From Candidatus Thorarchaeota archaeon (GTDB lineage Archaea; Asgardarchaeota; Thorarchaeia; Thorarchaeales; Thorarchaeaceae), in the NCBI GenBank assembly GCA_048882485.1, contig JBHLRP010000001.1:192001-256000 (forward strand): a DNA stretch of 64,000 nt. Direction: 5' to 3'. Under the pieces are notes generated by a model. It was given only the letters and a program-made list of their open reading frames with translations, was not told the DNA's origin and searched no databases. The position numbers were made by a program, and so were the translations under genes. The stretch's first letter is position 1. Each line of letters begins with the position of its first letter. Shown in pieces: positions 57,390-64,000 of the stretch.

Positions 57390-57554
57390 ATGACAAGGCG
57401 ACTATCTGTGAAGATTCCAAAGGATTACAAGATTCAGTTTGAGCGAAAAAACAAAGAATACGACCTGGGCTATGCTTCCTTTCCCGAATTTATAAGGGAT
57501 TGTATGCGAAGACGCTTCAATGAATTGGATGCGGCTCATAAAAGAAATGATTAG
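57390..57554 (+). CDS. Ribbon-helix-helix (CopG/Arc/MetJ-like) small protein, 54 aa; not in the ORF track
   Basis: MTRRLSVKIPKDYKIQFERKNKEYDLGYASFPEFIRDCMRRRFNELDAAHKRND*: an SVKIP strand and a GYxSxxEFIRD helix. Confidence 0.75.
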   Translation: MTRRLSVKIPKDYKIQFERKNKEYDLGYASFPEFIRDCMRRRFNELDAAHKRND

Positions 57555-57666
57555 TCAATTTCCTGTTCATTTTATGGCTCATAGCTTTTGATAAACGGAA
57601 CAAGTTTCATATGCGGTTTTCATTTTCTGCCGACTAGACGCGAACTAAAAGGAGCTCCAAAGATCA

Positions 57667-57966
57667 TTGGGGGCCTTCAATGCCTATATTGGGAGTGGTG
57701 ACTTGGAAATTGTGTTCAAATGCCCTGAATGCAGTGGGGAAACCAATATTGAGATATCTGAGAAAGAGGCTGCAAAAATTAGACGAGTTATACTGAGCGA
57801 AGGACGGGCCCCTCTGTTTATTGTTCGTTGTGAGAATGAGCATGAGCTTGTCGTCACCTTTTACAATCTTAGGACCGGTGAAGGCATAGGAGTGCGGGAT
57901 GTTGTCATTGCTTATCGTATAGCAGAAAAGAGTCCCTCCAAAAAGAAAGCACGAAAAAGGAAATGA
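57667..57966 (+). CDS. Small zinc-ribbon protein (start may be the TTG at 57703)
   Basis: FKCPECS...RCENEH; basic tail. Confidence 0.7.
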   Translation: MGAFNAYIGSGDLEIVFKCPECSGETNIEISEKEAAKIRRVILSEGRAPLFIVRCENEHELVVTFYNLRTGEGIGVRDVVIAYRIAEKSPSKKKARKRK

Positions 57967-58099
57967 GTTCTGATGATATATCCCCAATATGCTTGGAGAT
58001 TATGGATTCATCCACCTAATCCTTTAATTAACTTACACCGCGAATTACCCGCGGACGAATATCAGACCAGTGACATGGACACCTAGGGATGGGATTGGC

Positions 58100-58642
58100 A
58101 TGCCAATAGTGAAAGCGGTGATTCTGGGGGACTCTGAATGCGGCAAAACGTCCTTTACGTCACGCTGGACTAATGGCACTTTTCCTAATCCTGAAACCCT
58201 GCAAACGACGATTGGTGCCAGTTTCGCCACCAAAAGGGTTGAAGATTCTAACGGGGACAGCACCGTGCTTTCTCTATGGGATTTCGGCGGACAAATGAGA
58301 TTCATTGAGCATTTGAAGACCATGATAAAGGGATGTACAATCGGGCTCCTCTTCTTTGACGTAACCCTTTTGCAGAGCTTGGACAATCTAATCACTTACT
58401 GGGTGCCAATGATAGAGGAGAACGCTGGATTTGACTTCAACAAGAATGATGGCTCCAGATTTATTCTAGTGGGCAACAAGATTGACCTCTTGGATGGTAC
58501 ATTTGACAATATCCACAGAGAGATGATACAGTTCGCAGAAGATACTGGTACTGGATTGCAGCTGATTTCGGCAAAGACCGGAATTGGTATTGAGCAGCTA
58601 GACTTCAAGATTAGAGAGTTGGTCCAGAAGTATAGCCACTAG
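58100..58642 (+). CDS. Rab/Ras-like small GTPase
   Basis: G1 GDSECGKT, G2 TTIGASF, G3 WDFGGQ, G4 NKID, G5 SAK; no C-terminal Cys prenylation motif. Confidence 0.93.
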   Translation: MPIVKAVILGDSECGKTSFTSRWTNGTFPNPETLQTTIGASFATKRVEDSNGDSTVLSLWDFGGQMRFIEHLKTMIKGCTIGLLFFDVTLLQSLDNLITYWVPMIEENAGFDFNKNDGSRFILVGNKIDLLDGTFDNIHREMIQFAEDTGTGLQLISAKTGIGIEQLDFKIRELVQKYSH

Positions 58643-58655
58643 CTGTTTCTGATCC

Positions 58656-59138
58656 TCAACCGCCGGGACTACCGTGCCAAGGTGAGTCTTTCCAAAGAAT
58701 GTCCCATATGTCGTTCTCTGTCAATGTTTCAGGCTCAACCACAGCCTTGTGGAGTTCCTTCAAGAGTGCGTGATGTCGCACTTCGTCTTCACGAATCATC
58801 AATGCTATTGTCTTGACCTGTTCACTGTCATTCTTGTCAGCTAGTTCTTGATAGGTTTCGATTGCTTTTGCTTCGATCTCAATATGTTTTGCTATGCCCC
58901 TAGCAATCTTGTCCCGTTCTTTCTCACTGATAAAGGGAGTTGGGCCCTCCACAGCTTTTCTCAGAGCTTTCAACAACGTGGCGTGCTTCTTTGAGTCCAT
59001 AGAAACTCCTAGAAGCAGCTCCTTGATGAAGACATTACCCAGCTGAGAAACATTCTCTTCCACTATCTTGATAATATTGTATTCCATCTCAATCTGCTTG
59101 TCGATAAAGTCTAGCGTTTCTTCCTTATTCACTCTCAT
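58656..59138 (-). CDS. Ferritin-like / rubrerythrin-domain protein
   Basis: E...DSKKH and E...DEVRHH pairs; C-terminal WKDSPWHGSPGG. Confidence 0.8.
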   Translation of the reverse strand: MRVNKEETLDFIDKQIEMEYNIIKIVEENVSQLGNVFIKELLLGVSMDSKKHATLLKALRKAVEGPTPFISEKERDKIARGIAKHIEIEAKAIETYQELADKNDSEQVKTIALMIREDEVRHHALLKELHKAVVEPETLTENDIWDILWKDSPWHGSPGG

Positions 59139-59302
59139 ACCACTCCTTGTTGAAGATTGACCTGTTTGGAGCATTTGTCACTTAAGACTCTTCACACATG
59201 ACTGTCGCTAACAACCTCTTCACAACTTATATCAGCATTGCCGCACCACCCGAGAATTGAACTAGGAATTCCAAAGACTTGATGCGAGGAGGTACGTCAA
59301 GG

Positions 59303-59545
59303 ATGGCGAAGGTGACGATTTACACAGCACCAGATTGTCCTCATTCGAAGAAGCTAAAACAGTTCCTCTCGGAGGCAGGAACTGAAATTGAGGAGAAATG
59401 TATTCTTACAAATCCAGAAATCCTAGCTGAACTAATTGAAGTCAGTGCCCAGAGAGCCATTCCAACAGCGGTTCTTGGAGAAGACGTGTATGTGGGCTTC
59501 GACAGACGAACCGAGCGCAGATTAAGGCGCAAATTGGAGGGATAA
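59303..59545 (+). CDS. Glutaredoxin / NrdH-like redoxin (CPHS)
   Basis: TIYTAPDCPHS, AIPT, VGFD. Confidence 0.85.
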   Translation: MAKVTIYTAPDCPHSKKLKQFLSEAGTEIEEKCILTNPEILAELIEVSAQRAIPTAVLGEDVYVGFDRRTERRLRRKLEG

Positions 59546-59549
59546 CGAG

Positions 59550-60479
59550 ATGTACGACCTAGTTGTAATTGGATCGGGAGTAACAGGATATGGCACGGCT
59601 ATGTATGCAGCTCGTCTTGATCTCTCTGTTGCGGTCATAGGCGATGTAGATGGTGGTACAATCACTTTGACCGATGATGTTGCCAATTATCCTGGTTTCA
59701 TCCAACTCACTGGCAAGGAACTTGCAGACAATCTCAAGGCTCATGCCTTGGATTATCCAGTGGCAATCGAAAATGGCAAGGTCGAAGACATCTTCAGGGA
59801 TGACCAGGACTTCTTCTATGTTATTACATCCAACAAGACATTTCTAGCCAAGTCTGTTGTTTTTGCCACAGGCATGAAAGAGCGCGAGTTGGAGGTTCCA
59901 GGGCATGATGAATTGCGAAATAAAGGAGTTTCGTACTGCGCCTTATGCGACGCTCCTCTATTCAAGGACAAGACTGTAGCCGTTGTGGGTGGAAGTGACA
60001 GTTCTGCAAAGGAAGCATTGCTCCTAGCAAAGTACTGCCCAAGGGTCTACATCATCTATCGGAGAGAGAAGATAAGACCCGAGCCTATTAACGCCAGAAG
60101 AATAGAGAATGAGCCAAAGATAGAGGTTATCACGGAAACCAATGTAACTGAGATTCTTGGAGACTCTAGAGTCACAGGTGTGAAGCTTGACAAACCTTTC
60201 AATGGATCTGACACTCTACCTCTTGATGCATTATTCATCGCAATTGGCGGTATCCCATTCTCAGATCTCGCTAGGAAACTTGGTGTTGAAACGAATGAGA
60301 AGGGAGAGATAATCATCGACCGCTCAAGCCGCACAAACATTGAGGGTGTTTTTGCCGCTGGAGACGTTGTTGATACTGAGTTCAAGCAAGCGATCACTGG
60401 AGTTGCAGAGGGAGTTCATGCTGCATATCAGGCATACAAGTATGTTAACGAGAAGGATTTCGCCTTCCATTGTGATTAA
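59550..60479 (+). CDS. trxB: Thioredoxin reductase
   Basis: VIGSG, NYPG, FATG, GVSYCALCD, VVGGSDS, YRR, TNIEGVFAAGD, KQAITG. Confidence 0.92.
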   Translation: MYDLVVIGSGVTGYGTAMYAARLDLSVAVIGDVDGGTITLTDDVANYPGFIQLTGKELADNLKAHALDYPVAIENGKVEDIFRDDQDFFYVITSNKTFLAKSVVFATGMKERELEVPGHDELRNKGVSYCALCDAPLFKDKTVAVVGGSDSSAKEALLLAKYCPRVYIIYRREKIRPEPINARRIENEPKIEVITETNVTEILGDSRVTGVKLDKPFNGSDTLPLDALFIAIGGIPFSDLARKLGVETNEKGEIIIDRSSRTNIEGVFAAGDVVDTEFKQAITGVAEGVHAAYQAYKYVNEKDFAFHCD

Positions 60480-60494
60480 AACGGCTACAGGTGT

Positions 60495-60776
60495 CTAATT
60501 TCCAAGTGCAATTCGCCATGGATATAGCTCTGCGTGGAATATCCCTGCCTTAACAGCTGGGTCCCCCCTCATAATCTCAATCGCTCGTTCCTTTGTTTCG
60601 ACCTGAATGATTGAGAGGCCGATTAAGACCTCACTGAATCTCCCTGCCATTATCAGGTCTCCTTTCTTTTGCAGCTCTTGCAGGTAGCTGAAATGTTCAC
60701 CAACTATTTCTTCAGTGCCGTCTTCTCCATATGCAGGTGCAGGTCGCAGCATAATAACATAGGATTGCTTTTCCAC
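60495..60776 (-). CDS. YCII-family protein
   Basis: EHFSYL, AGRF, DPAVKAG. Confidence 0.8.
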   Translation of the reverse strand: MEKQSYVIMLRPAPAYGEDGTEEIVGEHFSYLQELQKKGDLIMAGRFSEVLIGLSIIQVETKERAIEIMRGDPAVKAGIFHAELYPWRIALGN

Positions 60777-60810
60777 AATTCTCTCCTCCTCTCATGAAAC
60801 AATGATTTCT

Positions 60811-61458
60811 CTATTCACCAATGGCTTCATACAGCTTCTCAATGAACATAACTGGTGGAGTTAGTCCCTCGACTGATACATCTTCATTGAAAATCGTCTT
60901 CGGGACGCCGAAGACCTCGTACTTCTGTGCTAGCTCCTGGAATTCAAGTGATTCAATCATGTCTGACTCTATTAGTGGATTGATAATTGCCGCCTGATTT
61001 GCGAGACGTACCATTCCTGGACAATAGGGACATTGGGGTGTGGTGAAGACCTGAATGTGGATTGGCTTGTCGATTGCATTGATGTCTTCAACAATGTCTG
61101 GAGGTAGCTGGGTGGCTCCCATAGAAACATCAACAATGGAACCTATTAAAGCACCAAATTCGTGACCTGCAGCTATGCCATAGAACTTGATTTTGTAAGG
61201 ATCTTTGCCATGAAGAACAGTGGCTGGAACATGTTCAACACCGAACTCCGCTGCCTTTCCTTCTCCTAGCGAGCCTTCGTGAATCTCAAGAGTGATCTTG
61301 TCAGATAATTCTGCTATCTGCTCCGCCATGCTCTTTACATCATTGCAGTACAGGCACTTCTCCTGCTCAATGAAGACATGCATAGTTACATCATTAACCA
61401 TAGGCTCGAAAAGCTCTCGTACTTGCGCCTGAGTATCTTCATCAATTTCAACAACCAT
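60811..61458 (-). CDS. Protein disulfide oxidoreductase (two thioredoxin folds, PDO / AhpF-N type)
   Basis: CLYC and CPYC sites; GHEF, VPKT. Confidence 0.9.
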   Translation of the reverse strand: MVVEIDEDTQAQVRELFEPMVNDVTMHVFIEQEKCLYCNDVKSMAEQIAELSDKITLEIHEGSLGEGKAAEFGVEHVPATVLHGKDPYKIKFYGIAAGHEFGALIGSIVDVSMGATQLPPDIVEDINAIDKPIHIQVFTTPQCPYCPGMVRLANQAAIINPLIESDMIESLEFQELAQKYEVFGVPKTIFNEDVSVEGLTPPVMFIEKLYEAIGE

Positions 61459-61537
61459 TATGAACAGGCCTCTGTGGAAATCTGGTTGCATTTCTTGAAT
61501 ATAATCGCTTTGTTCCAGCAGAAACAGGAATGCCCAA

Positions 61538-61801
61538 TCAAGGCGTCAGTTTCTTGACAATGTCAACAATGGCCTTCCCTTTGACCTTTGTTACTCGCAG
61601 CAAATATTGAGAGGTCTGTAGCTCAAAACTATCACCATCTTCCACATTATCCATGACATTTCTACCCATCGGGCCATTAAGATAATTGGAGTACCGCTGG
61701 ACAACACTGTCCTTGTTGTTGTCCTTTTGATCATTATATGGCACCGGTATACCATCCTTGTCATGTTTTAGAGTTCTTGGTGGATCTGTAGACCTGAGCA
61801 C
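61538..61801 (-). CDS. Small hypothetical protein
   Basis: 87-aa ORF filling the intergenic space. Confidence 0.55.
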   Translation of the reverse strand: MLRSTDPPRTLKHDKDGIPVPYNDQKDNNKDSVVQRYSNYLNGPMGRNVMDNVEDGDSFELQTSQYLLRVTKVKGKAIVDIVKKLTP

Positions 61802-61876
61802 TATACACAGATTTTGAGTGCATAAATATTGTCTGTGTATTGGTGGTTATATTCTGCTAGCAGCCCTCTGAAAGCT

Positions 61877-62950
61877 TCACTCACTCCAAGATATCCTGCC
61901 ATCTTCAATTAGCTCATCCAGTGCGAATGGTTTCTCCTTTTTCTTTTTCAACGACGAGTCTGCGAAGAGTTCACAAGAATCGGGAACACCAAGATCCTCT
62001 AGTTCAGGACATGAAAAAAGGGGAGTCAGATTCAATTCAGAAAAGTCATTCTCCTGCGGATGGTTACTGTGTAGGTATAGCTCTTCAAGGGCAACACATT
62101 CCGAGAGTGGACTGAGGTCTATAGAATCAAGCTGGTTGCCGGCGATATCAAGGGCTCTGAGGTCCACACAACTTGACAGAGGTCCTAAGTCCAATTCAGT
62201 AATTGCATTCATTGCAAGCTCCAGTCTTCTCAGATTCGTGCAACGAGAGAGTGGCTCAAGGTCTATAGTAGTAATCTCGTTACCGCCTAGGCGAAGTATT
62301 CGGAAATCTCTAGCGTTTGAGAGAGGACTCAGATCCACAGAAGCGATTGCATTTTGGTGCAGATATAGGAATTTCAAATTAGTACAAGCCGATAGCGGGA
62401 TTAGATCGATCTCTGTTAGAGAATTATACATGAGGTTTAGCTGAGAGAGGCTTGCGCATCTCTCTAGAGGTGTCAAATCGACAGATTCTAGCCCATTGGT
62501 TTCAAGCTCCAAACTGGTCAGCTTCTCACATGCTGAGAGTGGGCTAAGATCAATCTCTGTGATCTTGTTGTTGAATAGTCTCAATCTCTCCAACTGGGTA
62601 CACTTTGATAGAGGGGTCAGATCTACTGAGGATAATTCGTTTGTTCCAAGGTTGAGCTCTCTGAGATTGGTGCAGCTTACTAGAGGAGATATGTCAACAA
62701 CCGGAATCTGATTTTTGAAGAGATTGATGACCCTTAATTTCTTCAATACACCAAGAGGGGAAAGGTCGATCTCAGTCAGTTTATTGGCGCCCAGCAACAA
62801 CTCCTCAATATCAGGAGAGTCCTTGAGCACTTCAAGACTGATGTCGAGAATGCCTTTCTTACTCAAGTCTAGAACACTGTTTTCAAGGTCGAACTCAATT
62901 CGTTTGGTGCCATCCTTGTCGGTATATTCAATGTCAATCTCGTACAACAA
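61877..62950 (-). CDS. Leucine-rich-repeat protein
   Basis: About 12 units of 22 aa (LxxLxLxxNxLxxIDLxPLxxC). Confidence 0.93.
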   Translation of the reverse strand: MLYEIDIEYTDKDGTKRIEFDLENSVLDLSKKGILDISLEVLKDSPDIEELLLGANKLTEIDLSPLGVLKKLRVINLFKNQIPVVDISPLVSCTNLRELNLGTNELSSVDLTPLSKCTQLERLRLFNNKITEIDLSPLSACEKLTSLELETNGLESVDLTPLERCASLSQLNLMYNSLTEIDLIPLSACTNLKFLYLHQNAIASVDLSPLSNARDFRILRLGGNEITTIDLEPLSRCTNLRRLELAMNAITELDLGPLSSCVDLRALDIAGNQLDSIDLSPLSECVALEELYLHSNHPQENDFSELNLTPLFSCPELEDLGVPDSCELFADSSLKKKKEKPFALDELIEDGRISWSE

Positions 62951-63123
62951 ATCACTCCCTTCTTAGTCCTGCTATAATTGAGTCGAGGCTGCAATTGGTC
63001 TTTTCAATGTTGGCCTTATTTCCTGTGAATTTTCACAATGATTGAAAGCAAAACACTGCTTCAGAGTTAACGTTTTAAATGGCACATGCTCCGGCCAGAG
63101 AAAGCTTTGGGAGCTGTATAGGC

Positions 63124-63489
63124 TTGGAGAAAAAGACTCTTGGAATTCTACTCCTGACTTCACCGTACACATATCAGAACAGTCACACATTCTATGACCT
63201 TACCAAAGCCGCTCTTGAGAAGGGCTATGCCGTCAAGGTGTTCTTGTTTGTGGATGGTGTGAACAATGCGAAACTGGGACAAGATCCCGACCCTGACATT
63301 CCAATGAATTACAAACTTCAAGAACTGGCTGACGCGGGAGCTGAGTTCCAGGCTTGTGGTCTATGCACATCCGCTCGCGGTTTTGACCAGAGAGGAACTG
63401 ATTTTATTGAAGGTGTGGAGGTTTCGGGCCTCACCGAGTTTGCAGAATACATAGGCGAGGCCGACCGTTTCATCACGTTTGGAATGTAG
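63124..63489 (+). CDS. DsrE/TusD-family sulfur-relay protein
   Basis: LTSPY, VFLFVDGV, ACGLCTSARG, GLTEF. Start set at the TTG of LEKKTL. Confidence 0.85.
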   Translation: MEKKTLGILLLTSPYTYQNSHTFYDLTKAALEKGYAVKVFLFVDGVNNAKLGQDPDPDIPMNYKLQELADAGAEFQACGLCTSARGFDQRGTDFIEGVEVSGLTEFAEYIGEADRFITFGM

Positions 63490-63500
63490 GAGGAACAAGG

Positions 63501-63851
63501 ATGGAGTTTACAGAACGCAAAGTACTCATACTCGTGAAGAGCCGCCCCTATGGTGAGATTATCAACTTTGAGGGTTGGAGGGCAGCAGTGGGGATGTTCG
63601 GGATGGACCATGAGCCGTTGCTCTTGTTTATAGGTGATGGAGTCTTCTCCCTTTTGAAGTCCGCTGATGTGATGCCTTTCCGGATGTTCAAAGCAACCTA
63701 CCTTGATTTCGACGGGAGAATCCTTGCCAGTAGAAAGTCGCTTGAAGTGCGAAACATCAGTGCAGAGGAGATCTTTGAAGAGGTCGAGCTGGCTGATGAA
63801 TCAATGATTGCAGAGGCATTGACTGAAAATGAAATCATCATTACATTCTGA
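63501..63851 (+). CDS. DsrF/TusC-family protein
   Basis: SRPYG, EGWRAA, LLFIGDGV, SLEVRNI. Confidence 0.85.
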   Translation: MEFTERKVLILVKSRPYGEIINFEGWRAAVGMFGMDHEPLLLFIGDGVFSLLKSADVMPFRMFKATYLDFDGRILASRKSLEVRNISAEEIFEEVELADESMIAEALTENEIIITF

Positions 63852-63862
63852 GGTGGATATGG

Positions 63863-64000
63863 TTGAAGTTTCTAATCTGGATTACAAGTGATTGTCCTGA
63901 CATTAGTGAGGTCGTAGATGCTCTGAAAGCTGGTGGACATGAGATTGGAATTCTAGTAGCTCAGGATGGAGTCTATAGCATAGATAAAGGCTGTGCCACA
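63863..64000 (+). CDS. DsrH/TusB-family protein, truncated by the window edge; not in the ORF track
   Basis: TTG start after GAGGTG; MKFLIWITSD...GILVAQDGVY carries the QDGVY motif. Confidence 0.7.
   Translation, partial: MKFLIWITSDCPDISEVVDALKAGGHEIGILVAQDGVYSIDKGCAT

Noticed and set aside
43371-64000. Selenocysteine or pyrrolysine recoding in the redox genes
   Set aside because: Active sites are encoded as Cys, and no redox ORF appears cut at a catalytic TGA or TAG.

Overview
A gene-dense archaeal chromosome segment, most consistent with an Asgard archaeon of the Thorarchaeia type. That assignment is an inference from gene content: a Rab-like small GTPase, LRR and TPR proteins, giant membrane-anchored surface proteins rich in N-glycosylation sequons, iorAB, DsrEFH-like genes, archaeal BRE/TATA promoters and GGAGGTG-type SD sites. 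I see no rRNA, tRNA, CRISPR array, transposase or integrase. Contents in order: (1) a giant Ig-like surface protein, open at the 5' edge, with a ~190-aa cytoplasmic tail; (2) a four-gene DUF362 / UbiA (DPPR-synthase type) / PHP / UPF0104 operon that looks like a polyprenyl-phospho-pentose pathway; (3) a degenerate Rab-like pseudo-GTPase upstream of a TIGR00725 (SLOG) gene and a PPP Ser/Thr phosphatase; (4) a PIN protein and an LRR gene with a premature stop; (5) a 14.6-kb coupled pair of giant single-pass membrane proteins. One has an apparently dead caspase-fold domain, an amphipathic helical region, an amphipathic beta region and TSP3 Ca-binding repeats. The other is an FG-GAP (integrin-alpha-like) multi-propeller; (6) a ~280-nt highly structured intergenic element between two TPR genes, a candidate novel ncRNA; (7) a MacB/LolD-type ABC pair behind a 12-bp tandem operator; (8) a long thiol-redox, ferritin-like and sulfur-relay neighbourhood, plus iorAB and an SBBP/TSP3 surface protein. 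The best candidates for an undescribed system are the giant TSP3 + FG-GAP pair, the structured RNA, the pentose-lipid operon and the pseudo-Rab. All family calls come from motif recognition by eye, not from database searches.
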